A stretch of 64,000 nucleotides of DNA from positions 8,804,001 through 8,868,000 of the forward strand of contig NC_043022.1 of NCBI RefSeq assembly GCF_006345805.1. The letters are read 5' to 3'. This document shows, piece by piece, positions 13,870-27,317 of this stretch; the first letter of the stretch is position 1, and each line of letters starts with the position of its first letter. The DNA is from Octopus sinensis. Taxonomy: Eukaryota. Position numbers and translations under genes: made by a program. The notes below the pieces were generated by a model. That model did no database searches and was not told the DNA's origin. It was given only the letters and a program-made list of their open reading frames with translations.

Positions 13870-14290
13870 CACATTGCACTAAACATCATCATTGTCACAC
13901 CCCACCACTAGACCCCCAAAAACACTCCTTCCCTCCACTATATACGTCTCGTATTGCCTGACACCTCGCCATACCATACCTTACCACAGTACCCCACATC
14001 GTATCATGTCACATCATACAATGCTGCAGTACATCATACCCCATTCCACACTGCACTGCCATGCTACTCCACCCCATGTTATGTCCACACCTCCCTACAT
14101 TACACCATGCAGCCAGACCACTTTGCACCACTACATCCAATACCACATCATACCCCACCACACACCACTACACTACATCATACCCTACTACACATAACTG
14201 CACAACACCAAACGACACCCCCCTCTGCCTCCACACCATGCCACAAACCACAGTATTTTAAACTACCCTCTGCATCAAAACCACACCATC
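13870..14290. repeat. Degenerate C/A-rich pentamer-like (CACCA/TACCA)n low-complexity tract
   Basis: Recurring accac/cacca/atacc units with very few G on the + strand. Confidence 0.7.
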
Positions 14291-14553
14291 CATATATTTT
14301 AATTATCGTGTGTGTTTGTTTATGTGTGCATATGTGTGTATATATGTGTGTATGTGTATGTACGTATGTGTGTATATATATGTGTGTGTATATGTATGTA
14401 TATATGTGTGTATATGTATATGTGTGTGTATATGTATGTATATATTTGTGTGTATATATATATATATATATGTATGGAGAACGGACGTTAAACGATGATG
14501 ATGATGATGTATGTATATATGTGTGTATATATATATATATGTATATGTATGTA

Positions 14554-14605
<52 letters not shown>

Positions 14606-15589
14606 GGCATGTATGTGTGTATATGAATATGTGTGTGTATATGTGTGTGTGTGTGTGTTGCCATGTTATTAACTTTTATTTATTTCGTATTTATATGAAA
14701 TCATATTAAGTATTTAGACCAAGAATGATATGGCTGAATAATACCCATAGCCTCGGTAGGTCATTGTTGAGAATCCGACCAAAAAGTGTAATGGATTGTT
14801 TCTTCTGATAGGGGCCAATGGAGGAGATGCCTGAAGATTCTACTCCTACAGCCCTCCCAGGAATAGTGGGAGTAGGACAGAAAATGAAAATATACATGTG
14901 TGTGTGTGTGTATTAACCTGACTGTAACCCAGATTGTCTCCATTTCTCAAGTCCTGTTCCATTTCCCTATTTTCATTTTACTTGAGACCTACTATATAAA
15001 CAGTTGTTTTTTCTTTTGTTATTGTACATCTTCTTTCTCATTTTTCTGCCTCTCATTTCTCTTTTTCTGTATCTTCTTTTTTCATCTCTGTGATAAAGGG
15101 CATCACCTGAAATATCAGATGTGTGTAAAAATGTGTGGGGAAGAGTGTTGATTAGTTTGGTCAACTCACACATGCAGTTGGAGCGTATTCAGTTTTTATA
15201 AATGTATTTTACATCTTTTTACCAAATTTTATCTTCTCTGGTCAGGTGGATAGGCATCACTGGCCCTCTTTCAACTCCTATGATCTCTCTTGATGGCTCC
15301 TTGCACCAACCCTAGGACCCCACTTTAGCTGGTGGGTTAGATCAAGTGAGGAGATAGTGTTAAGGCAAAAGATTCTGGGTAAGGCTTCTCAATGAGTCCC
15401 TAGCCAGAGCGGAGGAACCTGTTTAGGTCAAAGGACTAGTTTTAGAGACCAAGGCATGTCTCAAGTAGAGGCATATGGTTGTGACTAAATCTTGGAGAGG
15501 AATGGGCACTACCAAGCTAACTTGCCCCAGATACCTCCATGTTGATAACAACCAGACCAGAATCCATACTGGATTGGTCTTCAGCCATG

Positions 15590-15730
15590 TTAATATCAAA
15601 GAGTGGACAGGCCTCAATTTCACTGACACACAGAGGGCAGCAGAAGACTGAAAGAAGTTGTGAAATCTAGTTGCAACATCATCAACGAATACCCCAATGA
15701 CCACACACTCAAGGGATAGGGAAGAAGAAA
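15590..15730 (+). mobile_element. RTE-clade LINE 3' fragment (second subfamily)
   Basis: NIKEWTGLNFTDTQRAAED*KKL*NLVATSS matches the ..KEWTG......R.A.DR..W RTE ORF end; contains in-frame stops. Confidence 0.75.
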
Positions 15731-17339
15731 GGATGCTCTCTGCATCAGATATAAAAAGAAAGGATTTTGTTCTGTGCACCAGGAGCTTACCCAATATGTC
15801 CACAGTAGAGTCTGATGATTAGTTTTCCCTCTTTGGTACATTGTTGTATTATATATTTGTATTGTAAAAGCCCATGGCTTAGTGGTTAGGACAGCGTTTC
15901 TCAACTGCACATATATATATACTGTATATATACCTATGCATCAGAGTTAATGCTGTAACCTGGAGATAAATATGAAACAGCTGCAACTACTGTGGAAATA
16001 TTAAAAACAGTTTTGCCTCTCATAACTGGATTTTTGCTCTTATAATGTACCTATTAAAACAAAGACTGGAATATGTGTTACCATTTTAATTCTATTACTT
16101 GTGTTTCATTACTTTATGGGAAATACGTTTTATGGATATTGATAATAATATAAATATAATAAATTCATAATATAGATAAATAGATAGATACACACACATG
16201 CATGCACACACACACACGTAGAAACATGTAGAAAACCCACCAACTGTAAATCTTCAGATGTAGATGCAAAATAATATAGTTGAAGACTTGGAAAAATTCT
16301 TTATATATAGTTATTAAGATTTACCTGGAGTACAGTGAAATAGCAGGAGAAAAGGATAAAGAAGAAAGAAATAAATAGAGAAAGAAATAGAAAGGGAGTA
16401 AAAAAGAAAGAGAGAAAATTTTAAGGTGAGAGGTATACAAGATAAAAGGAGCAAATTATCAACTTTTGCTATAACATTCATTTTTTTGTTAAAATTGCAT
16501 AAAAATTATTTAATATATATTCATAAATTATTTAATTTATATTCGTAAATTATTTAATATATATTCAGAAATTTATGAGGGCACAGCTTGGATTATATTC
16601 CCTTTTATATACATATATTTATATTTTAATATTTCACTGAAGCACAGCAAAGGACGAAGACAGGTGTATGAACAAGAAACAAGTGTATTAGTTTGACACT
16701 GGGAGAAAAATGAAAACATGTACATGTATACATTTTATGCTATAAGGAATGATTGATAAATGGAAGTCCAAGAGATGGTCATGGTTGGGATGTCTATGAT
16801 CGTAGTGTCTACTTAGTCTGTTGTAGTCAGCTAAAATAACAACAGTATCACTATCTACTTCATAGTTTCGAGGAAAGTATTCCATAATGTTTTTGAATTT
16901 AGAACTCATCAAGCTTGACTTTATTTTTCACCCCCACCTCATGTGAGGGTGAGGGTGTAGATCGATAGAATACGTCATCATCAATAATATATTATGATTG
17001 ATTCAATCAATTATATCCTACAGCTACAAAAATTGGCCTTGTGCCTAGACTGGTAAAAAAAAAAATCTGAATCTGTTTCATAAAGACATCAACTGAATAT
17101 AATATAGATTCCTGAAGAAATGACTGGTCAGCTGTCTAGATTGCTGTTCCTATGGTCACTTGTTCAAATAATCATGATAGCTACAGGCATGATTGTGGTC
17201 AAGAAGCTTGCATTACAAGCATGGGGTTTCAGTTTCAGTCCCACTGAGTGGCATCTTGGGTGTCTTCTACTATAGCCCCAGGTTGACTTATATTTTGCAG
17301 GTGGATTTAGAAGACGGAAACTTTGTAGAAGCTCATTTG

Positions 17340-17388
<49 letters not shown>

Positions 17389-18126
17389 CACCCCACTGCT
17401 TGATAATTGGTATTGGTTTATGTATGTCCCCATAACTTAACACTTCGTTAAAAGAGACTCACAGAATAAGTGTCAGATGCAAATATAAGTCCTGGGGTCA
17501 ATTTGTTTGACTAAAACCTTTCAAGGCAGTACCTAAGTATGGCTGCAATAAAATGAGTTAAAGAAGTAAATGATAAAAGATAGGCACAGACATGGCTGTT
17601 GAGTTAAAATTTTCACTTCTCAGCAATGTCTTTTTTATTAGAGTTTTCAGTCCCACTGTGTGGTAACCTTGCACATGTATCTTCTACTATACACCCTAAC
17701 TAACCCAATACCTTGTGAGTAATAATTGATGGATGGAAACTGAAACTGCACAGATACCCATTTTATACTTTTGCAGTCTTGCCTTCTTGATTTCTCTCCC
17801 ATTTCACATTATGCATTCCCTGTTTACATAAAAGAATGCTTTCTCCACTTAAGATAGGGGAATAGATTAAAATGCAAGAAGTTTTTTTTTTTAATTTAAA
17901 AGAGGTAAATTATATCAGTTTTTACCTATTTTAGTCAAACAAATCGACCATAGTTCTTATATTTACATCTGACGCATATTCTACCAGTATCTTTTAATGA
18001 AGTAAGTTATGGAGACTTACATAAACTGACACCAGTTATCAAGCAGTGGAGTGGACAAACACTGGTGTTTCATAACAGGCACCCATTTCAGTGGCACGTA
18101 AAAAACACCTACTACACTCTTGGAAT

Positions 18127-18870
18127 GGTTGGCATTAGGAAGGGCATCCAGCTGTAAAAACCATGCCAGATCAGACCGAAACCTGGTGCAGCTCCCCAGC
18201 TTACCCGTTTTCAGTCAAACCATCCAGCCCTTGCCACAATGGAAAACAGATTTAGATGATGATGAAAATACATTTATAAACACACACATTAGGTAACCAT
18301 ATATCTTCCCTACAGCAAAACACTTGTTCCTGTCCCTCTATAATACTCTAAATTCTTAACATGTGGCACAAAACCACCTTCCTCAACACTACTCACCCTC
18401 ATATTTGAGTGGTCTTGTGTTGTGGTTACCTGGTAACCTCACTGGTGCTAATAACACATAAAAAGCACCCAGCGCATTCTGTAAAGTGGTTGGCATTAGG
18501 AAGGGCATCCAGCTGTAAAAACCATGCCAGATCAGACCGAAACCTGGTGCAGCTCCCCAGCTTACCCGTTTTCAGTCAAACCATCCAGCCCTTGCCACAA
18601 TGGAAAACAGATTTAGATGATGATGAAAATACATTTATAAACACACACATTAGGTAACCATATATCTTCCCTACAGCAAAACACTTGTTCCTGTCCCTCT
18701 ATAATACTCTAAATTCTTAACATGTGGCACAAAACCACCTTCCTCAACACTACTCACCCTCATATTTGAGTGGTCTTGTGTTGTGGGTTACCTGGTAACC
18801 TCACTGGTGCTAATAACACATAAAAAGCACCCAGCGCATTCTGTAAAGTGGTTGGCATTAGGAAGGGCAT
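18127..18870. repeat. Near-identical 361-bp tandem duplication
   Basis: ggcattaggaagggcat starts at 18131, 18492 and 18854. The units differ by about one base (gtggtta vs gtgggtta). Confidence 0.95.
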
Positions 18871-20798
18871 TCAGCTGTAGAAACTAGGCTAAAGCTGACA
18901 TTGGAGTTTGGTGCAGTTCTCTGGCTTGCCAGCTCCTGTCAAGCCATCCTACCCATGCCAGCATGGGAAGCAGATGTTATGTGATTATGATGATGGGGAG
19001 GAGGAGGAGGATGTTTGGCATTGCTATTATAACTAATTCAATTGTGCTTCCTGTCAGAACACAACTCACGGTCCCACCTGAAGAGCATATTTCATCCCTC
19101 CAATGAAAGTACCTTTAAATGTTCATTTGTATTCATGCCTCACATCAATAATCTTTGAGATAGTTCTTGTTGAACCAATAAGCAGGTTTTTCTGCATTGT
19201 ACCCAATCCCACATAGAATTCTAGCTTTCCAAGGTTTCTTCTCAAATAGGTAAAAACTGATATAATTTACCTCTTTTAAATTAAAAAAAAACAACTTTTT
19301 TCTTCTTGCATTTTAATCTATTCCCCTATCTTAAGGGGAGAAAGCATTCTTTTATGTAAACATGGAACGCATAATGTGAAATGGGAGAGAAATCAAGAAG
19401 GCAAGACTGCAAAAGAGATCATCATAAAGAGATCATTTATGTTAGAAAATTTGTTTTTGTATTTGGTCTGCAAGATTTTTGATGTGAGCTCATATGCTGA
19501 AATATCTTGGGAGGGTCGTTATGTCAATTATAAACACACTCATTGGTTCTATTTCATTTGTTTTATTATTAGTCAACTAGATAACCATTTAACTAATAGA
19601 TTGTTTGATTAATCTTTCAGTCATTCAGTCAATTAGGTCTGTCAAAGTCTTTCTGCTGTCATTTGCATGCATGTGTGTCTGTGTATGTACCACTAATATA
19701 TTGCTGTCAGTGCAATTCTGATTTCCTGTACAAAGTTAGCTTGGTTCTTAGTTCAGAAGAATATTCTTATTATTTATAGTTCTGATACCAATTTGGTTGA
19801 AGCTGTCTCTAGTTCTATGATACAATAACCATCCAACTTAAAGTGTTTTATATAAATCTAGCCTTCCCCAATAACTTTATGCAAGAATTGTTTATGTAAT
19901 TTATGTTCTATACTTCAGCTTAATATTTTTTTTTAGCTTTTATTTCTTTCAATCCTAGAACTGTGGCCATGCTGGGGCACAGCCTTAAAGGGTTTTAGTC
20001 AAACAAATCAATCATAGAACTTGTGTTTTATGTTTTTTCTTTTCATATCTGGTATTTTTTCTATTGGTCTTTTTTGCAAAGCCACTAAGGACATAAATAA
20101 ATCAGCACTAGTTGTCAAGCAGTGCATGGGGTTAAAATACAGACACACAGACACACACTAATAGACATATATGATGGGCTTCCACACAGATTCCATCAAT
20201 CAAATTCACTCACATAGGCATCAGTTAGCCTGAAGCTGTAGTAGAAGATACTTGCCTAAGGTGCTGTGCAATGGGACTGAACCCAAAACCATGTGGTTGT
20301 AAATCAAGCTTCTTAACCACACACCGATGTTTGCACTCATTTCTCCTAATGGAAAAATTATTTCATAAATGTCTCAAAAGTTATATTCAGAAACTAATTG
20401 CAAAACATAGGCAATGTATCGTAAAAGAAATATGGTCTCTGAAATATAGTTAATCCAGCTATGAACATTTTCATAATGCTCCCCTACCACACCTTGTGTT
20501 TTTTTTTCCAATCAATTGCTTGATCAAATCAGCCATTTCTTTCTCACAGCTAGGTGAAGACTTTCTTTTACTTTTCTATAACTTTCAGTTTCGGATATTG
20601 ACTCACCAATTTTCGTCAAGTTTATCCAACTCAGTCTTCCATCTTGTTTCTTGTCATCTTTTGTTTCTTTTGCTGTTTTTTTTTAAATGCAGTCTGTCAG
20701 TTTTTCCCTTCACCTACTGTCACAGTATCTCTGGACATCCATCTATCCATCTTCTCCATCCTCTGTTCATGAGATGTTTGTCAAGATAACGTCCTTAA

Positions 20799-21018
20799 CC
20801 CTTTTGTTACTGTATTTATTTTGAGATGTTCTGTTTTTCTTTCAATTACTTTAAATATAACAAAGAATTTATCAAAATAACTTAGTTATCATTCAGCTAG
20901 TGTTAGAAACATAATTTGTGACGAAGGTTTGGTGGAAGATTTTAATTCAAAATTTATGAAAACAAGACATTTGTACTCAGAGCCAGAGCCAGTTTCAGCC
21001 GGGTTGGTAACGAAAGGG
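20799..21018. mobile_element. piggyBac-like MITE, complete
   Basis: TTAA|cccttttgttac ... gtaacgaaaggg|TTAA: CCC/GGG termini with a TTAA target-site duplication. Confidence 0.85.
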
Positions 21019-21598
21019 TTAAGCACCTCCTCCACAGGGTCCTTTCAGAAGCAACTGTCATTAGCCTTTTCTGCTGGGTTCCCAAGAATAACCAACTGAA
21101 ACTATGGATATCATCCAACTATCTCCATACTCCTATCAGTTGGATCAGCTTAAATCATGTAACAACAGTATGATTTGATCACATCTTAGAGCACTCAATG
21201 TAACTATCTACAAAAGCAGAAAAACCTATTACATTCACTCTTCATTTATTCTTTATGTATCAACATTTTTGTTACCCTACTGTGGCTTAGTCACTGACAC
21301 AGTTTTTAGTTTACCTCTAGGTTGCCTGCCAGTTGGCTTGACTTGAAGGATTTTTCTTGCAATTCTTTCCTGCAACATTCTAATCACATGTCCATAGTAC
21401 CAGAACTGTGACTTCTCAATGCAGAGAAGTAGTGGAGACTTTCTGATCTCTGGAGACTTTCTGATCTCTGAGCTAGGAACCCTGTCTCAGCTATTTCTAT
21501 TCATGATCATACTGTTTCAGTCATTACCAAACCCTAATCCAATTTCAGTGATTTTATAACTTTGATGATGTCATTTAGTTATATTTGTTTCCCATTTA

Positions 21599-21825
21599 AG
21601 GCGGCGAGCTGGCAGAATCATTAGCACACCGGGCGAAATGCGTAACCGTATTTCGTCTCCCATTATGTTCTGAGTTCAAATTCCGCCGAGGTCAACTTTG
21701 CCTTTCATCCTTTCAGGGTTGATAAATTAAGTACCAGTTACACCCTGGAGTCGATGTAATCGACTTAATCCCCTCTATGTTTGTCCCCTCTATGTTAAGC
21801 CCGTTGTGGTCAATAAAGAAATATA
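21599..21825 (+). mobile_element. tRNA-derived SINE (family B)
   Basis: ggcggcgagctggcagaatc head, gagttcaaattcc B box, gcctttcatcctttcagggttgataaa core, and gcccgttgtggtcaataaagaaat tail. Confidence 0.9.
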
Positions 21826-21870
21826 TATTTGTTTTCCATTATTTAATTTTAATGTTGTTGATATTTACAG

Positions 21871-21978
21871 GCATCTCCATACAGTCCAGAACCAACAATG
21901 AACAGTCATCAAATGAACTCTCCAACACTGAATGCAATTAATATGCATCCAGCCACAACCCAGGGTAACCAGGTAGCT
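21871..21978 (+). CDS. Internal coding exon (phase 0-0) of unidentified host gene, ASPYSPEPTMNSHQMNSPTLNAINMHPATTQGNQVA
   Basis: tttacag| acceptor and |gtaagt donor; 108 nt; only the phase-0 frame is open; non-repetitive S/P/N/Q-rich sequence. Confidence 0.6.
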
Positions 21979-23727
21979 GTAAGTGATCCATTTTTATGTC
22001 TTAATAATAATTATTGTATTTGGTAGCATAAAAAATACATGACCATATTAGATGCACCCCAATTTCAGCAGTGCATATTCAAGGAAAAAATGTTTTAGTG
22101 CATTAAAGCATGCTTCAAGTTTATTTTAATTTGTACTTTGAAATGTGTAGAGGACCGATCCAAGCGACTGCACCATTTCCCCAAATTTGTAGCCTTATCT
22201 GATACCAGAAATCAGATGATTCTTACTGTCAGTCGGGTTCACTGTCCATAATGGTCAGTTTACATTAGTTTACTAATTACAACTCTCTTGTGACAACATT
22301 TTTAATTAAATACATTATCAATGTGTTTCAGTTATTTTTGAAAATGGCTAAGAATTTTTTGGGGATTTAATAAAACCTTCTTTGATCAAATCCAGAATCA
22401 TATTGTTAACAACACCCTCTTCTTTCTACAAGGATGACATATTTAGCTTTTCATCGTAATGTATTTTAAAAAAATCTTTTCTATAAGTATTTCCCTAGTC
22501 ATTGCTCTGATGGACTTCCTGGTTTAATACCTTCTGTGATGACCTTTGAACATGTCACCTGCTTCTCTTTTCAGGTGCATCATTTCTCTGTTCAGCTTCA
22601 TGTTAGTCTTGAGTCCTTTTATTCTAATTGTTTTGTTCTTTGAACTGCTGATCTCTGGAACTTGCCACCATCATCTTGTTTTCCTCAGGTCAATGATATT
22701 CAGTCCTTTAATCTTTCTATCAATTAACATCTTTTGAAATCATAGGCCCCTTGTTCTCCTTCTTTATAATCCCTTACGCTACAACAGCCTCCAAGCTTTC
22801 TTAGAACAAAATCGTATAAAAAAAATAACCGATTGTATAATTAATCTGATGTTTAGAATATAATTTGAACAAAAGTTCTTTACATGAAATTATGATAAAT
22901 GACTTAAGAACAAGAAGTCATCTCTCTTTCAGGCTGGTTGCTTTCTTTTACTAATTTACAAAACGGTTAATTCCTTGGCTAATTCTTACATTCATTATCA
23001 TGTCTGGTAAGTTCAGCATCATCAATTCACCACAGGGAAAGTTCACCATCAATTCACTGTTTTTTTCAATAAAGTAGTTTTTAACTATTAATGGTGGGAT
23101 ACTATGGATTTATATATGTTTGGTAAACAATGAACTTTCCTCAGTGAACTTTCTTCACAGTGAATTGATAGTAGTGAACTTAGCTGTAATCATCCTTTAT
23201 ATACTCATATCTATTCTCTGTTCTATGTAAATGCTTTGAGTTAAAGAAGTAAATGGTAAAAGATAGGCACAGACATGGCTGTTGAGTTAAAATGTTCACT
23301 TCTCAGCAATGTTTTTTTATTAGAGTTTTCAGTCCCACTGTGTGGTAGCCTTTCACATGTATCTTCTACTATACACCCTAACTAACCCAATACCTTGTGA
23401 GTAATAATTGATGGATGGAAACTGTGAAACTGCACAGTTAGCCTGAAGCTGTAGTAGAAGATACTTGCCTAAAGTGCTGTGCAGTGGGACTGTGATAGTC
23501 TGGTGATAGTTTTGTAAAACAATGTATAGAACAGTGTAGGAGTGGTTGTCAGCCATTTTGATAAACTGGAAATCAAACAAAAATTTCCACTGTACTTCAC
23601 ATGGAAATTTTTCCTTTACTTGTTTCAATCATTTGACTGCAGCCGCACTGGACAGCACATTGAAGGAATTAAGTCAAGTTTTAAGATGTTTCCATATTAT
23701 TAGCTGAATTAGTATAAGCATATTTAA

Positions 23728-24343
23728 ACCTTTAGCATTCAGATCACTCTATCAAATGTAATACTTGTATATACACACTGTTTTAAATTAATCATGCATT
23801 ATTTCATAGCATTGATATTTCAATGATATTAGCTTTAATTTTAGAATAGAATTGTAGGATAGGTGTGAGAAACCAGATCCAGCTGGTTTGAACATAAAAC
23901 AAGTCTTCTCTGTGTGAAAAGTCTGGCTGCATACACGTTAGCATATGTCAGGTGCATACAATTGACAACACAGTCAATTAAGGTTTATTCAGTGAGTTCT
24001 ATTCAACACATGTTTACATGTGGAATTAGCAGAATCATTATTAACTTTAGATGGCTCGCAGGCGAGGTGAACAAATTAGTGAGAGAGATAGACTGGCAAT
24101 ACTTCTACGCTACAAGAAAATTAGACGTGGTCTTGGGAAGAGCTATCTGAGCGGAAAATTCGTGGATGTATTCAACATCAAACTCGTGTTCGGCATCAAA
24201 TAGTAAACTGTCGTGGTGGTAACAGATTCGTGTAATAAATTTTGCATTTATTTTTGTTCCATAATATATATTTTTTCGGATGCAGCCAGACTTTTCACAC
24301 AAAGAATATTTGGACAGATGTGGCTGGTTTGAATGCTAAAGGG
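23728..24343. mobile_element. piggyBac-like MITE with nested TIR element (23906-24306)
   Basis: Outer ends are ttaa|acctttagcattc ... gaatgctaaaggg|ttaa. The inner 27-bp TIRs are ttctctgtgtgaaaagtctggctgcat / atgcagccagacttttcacacaaagaa. Confidence 0.8.
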
Positions 24344-24898
24344 TTAATAAAGAAAGCATCAGAAACTAACTTAAAATAATTAGTAATGCCAAGAGGAAAA
24401 TATAATTCAAAATCTGAAAATATATACATTTTTAATTCTTAATAATCAACAAAATTTACTGTGTGACACAAGGTCCTAGTGTTTTGTGTGTTGATATGTG
24501 TCAAACTGATTTTAAATCAAGGTTGATTACATTTATATACTGGTCATAATGGTAATTTTCTGGATCATTCTAAAACAAATTATGGAAACATTTACAAGGT
24601 CATGTGGGTAATGTATATTGTATAAATGGTTTTCTTATTAAGCGGACAGATAAGTAAAATAAGTAAAATTAGAATAAAGGGGAATATATATATATATATA
24701 TGCATATATACAGATATACATAAATAAATTTGCTGATAGATATGTATGCATGCATATATAAATATATTTTCTTATATCCATTATGGAGATATATATATAT
24801 ATATACAAGATAAGAAAATGGAGAAATACATCTAAATCAAATATCAATTACCATGTTATCCCATAGAGGGTTGCATTTACTACCCCTATCTCCATTTG

Positions 24899-24973
<75 letters not shown>

Positions 24974-24976
24974 TTA

Positions 24977-25011
<35 letters not shown>

Positions 25012-25016
25012 GATGG

Positions 25017-25048
<32 letters not shown>

Positions 25049-25103
25049 ATAAGATAATAAGATATCGCTTATTTCACTGTCATCTCATATTTTTATTTAT
25101 ATA

Positions 25104-25143
<40 letters not shown>

Positions 25144-25510
25144 AATGAGATGACAGTGAAATAAGTGATTATCTTTTGAAGTTCATAAGGTAATCATTTA
25201 TTCCTATGTCATTGCATTTATTACTGCTCTGCATTAATCTACACCAGGTTATTAGTCTTGCAATGCCTGTGTGTGTTCCAAAGTATATTATGGACTGCAT
25301 ATTTATAAAATAAACATTTCTGAATGGCTCAAGAGCTGATTATACACTCAGTGGGATTCAATTAATTGCATACATTACCTGAATATCATTCTGCCAGTAC
25401 ATCTCTACCAAAGTTAGTATTCATTTATCATTGTAGTGTATGCATTTTATTCTGACCTAACCAGGTGCCTTAACTTTAAGTACTTCATTCAACTGATTCT
25501 TGATATATAT

Positions 25511-25562
<52 letters not shown>

Positions 25563-25713
25563 GAATTAGAGATAAAACCACTATTAGGCAACTCAAACAG
25601 TGATAGACATAAACCAATACATAAATAACAAATAATATAAATATAATTAATATAATATATAATATATATATAAAATATAAAATATTCTGTAAGTTTGGAG
25701 CTATACTCCCTAA

Positions 25714-25747
<34 letters not shown>

Positions 25748-25751
25748 ATAT

Positions 25752-25802
<51 letters not shown>

Positions 25803-26099
25803 AGAAAATGAAGAGAATTGCAATTATCCCCATGTGGTGAGTTGTAATGCAAAAAAGTATATGTATAATAAAAGAAGGAAAATGAAATAGCTTACATAGT
25901 TTTAATATGAAATATGAAATGACAATAATTTCAATGTCATAACTAGTGAAAGGGAAACCAGTAGACAACCACAATACTTTTTCATTTAAAATATATTAGA
26001 ACTATGTAAACTGTGCGTTTTCCTGTTATTATATATATATATATATATATATTTAAATACACATGAGGATGACCTTCCACTCATGACAGAGGAAAACTA

Positions 26100-26820
26100 T
26101 TGCTGAACTTTCACTCGGCCTTTCACTCTGGGAGAGAAACCCTTTGTTGCCAGCAGAGGCAGGAGCTCTCTAATCTTATTCTGACAGCTATGTTCTCGGA
26201 GCATCCACCTCCACTACTAACTTAATTACCTAGGTAATGGATGCTATCTACTACCCCCATGACAGCTGATGGAGTCTATTTTCTGAACATTTTCAGTGTT
26301 TATTGTACCTGCACATGTACCACACAGAAAAGCTATTTTCCCTGTTAACCTTTATCTGATATTACTGCACCTTTTATGTGTCCAAAGCTTACACCAGGTG
26401 GACCTTACAGAGTTATCACCTACACCTTTTCTACAGATCGAGCAGCGCCATCTACCTGAAAGGACTTGTGATTTGTCTGCTTTCCTACTTACTAAGACTT
26501 TGGTTTTTGCTAGTTTAACCCTGAGGCTCTTCAATTCTAGACCTTGCTTCCATACCTGGAACTTCTTCTCCAGTTCTGGTAGTGATTCAGCTGTAAGAAC
26601 AAGGTCATTAGTGTAGAGGAGTTCCCACGGGCAGCCTGTCTTAAATTCCTCTGTTATTGCCTGAAGGACTATGATGAACATGTGGAAGCTTTGGTGAACC
26701 CCTACTTGTACCCTGAATTCTTTGCTGTGCTCATTGCCAATCGTCACCTTACTGGTAGTGTCTTTGTACATAGCTTGTACAGCTCTCACCAGCCACTTGT
26801 TTCCAGCCACTTTTAGGTTT
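26100..26820 (-). mobile_element. RTE-clade LINE reverse transcriptase fragment (degenerate)
   Basis: WLVRAVQAMY..VGVHQ..WELLYTNDLVL (decayed YADD)..KTKVL..CSICRKGVG..CKLWTHKRCS, continuing to VDSIHYLG and RELLPLLATKGFSPRVKGR. Confidence 0.92.
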
Positions 26821-26849
26821 GTTAATTATTAATCAATTATTATCATTAC

Positions 26850-27063
26850 TCTCTCTTGTTTACTCGTTTCAGTCATTTGACTGCAGCCATGCTGAAGCAC
26901 CGTCTTTAGTCGAGAAAATCGACCCCAGGTCTTATTCTTTGTAAGCCTTGCATTTATTCTATCGGTCTCTTTTTGCTGAAACACTAAGTTACAGAGACGT
27001 AAGCACACCAGCATCGGTTGTCAAGCGATGTTGGGGTGACAAACACAGACAGACAAACACACA

Positions 27064-27113
<50 letters not shown>

Positions 27114-27281
27114 CATATATAGGATGGGCTTCTTTTCAGTTTCCGTCTACCAAATCCACTCACAAGGCTTTGGTTGGCCCGAGGCTATAGTAGAAGACAC
27201 TTGCCCATGGTGACATGCAGTGGGACTGACCCCTGAACCATGTGGTTGGTAAGCAAGCTACTTACCACACAGCCACTCCTG
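26850..27281 (-). mobile_element. Bipartite SINE family A, full length
   Basis: Tail half, (CA)n(TA)n linker, and head half ending ...cttaccacacagccactcctg. Confidence 0.9.
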
Positions 27282-27317
27282 TCATTGATTCAATTATTTT
27301 AAAAGTATGGGAAATAA

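Noticed and set aside
13954-14709. 251-aa ORF
   Set aside because: It spans the CACCA low-complexity tract and TA/TG microsatellites.
14706-14897. GC-balanced island, possible exon (GPMEEMPEDSTPTALPGIVG on +)
   Set aside because: Acceptor and donor are weak and the strand is ambiguous, so it cannot be supported without RNA data.
16688-16912. 74-aa minus-strand ORF
   Set aside because: It has no recognisable motif or splice signals.
19075-19120. CTGAAGA...GAAAGTAC
   Set aside because: Stems I and II do not pair.
22574-22606. Strong-looking acceptor ttctcttttcag with possible 27-nt exon
   Set aside because: The region resembles antisense decayed LINE sequence and there is no independent support.
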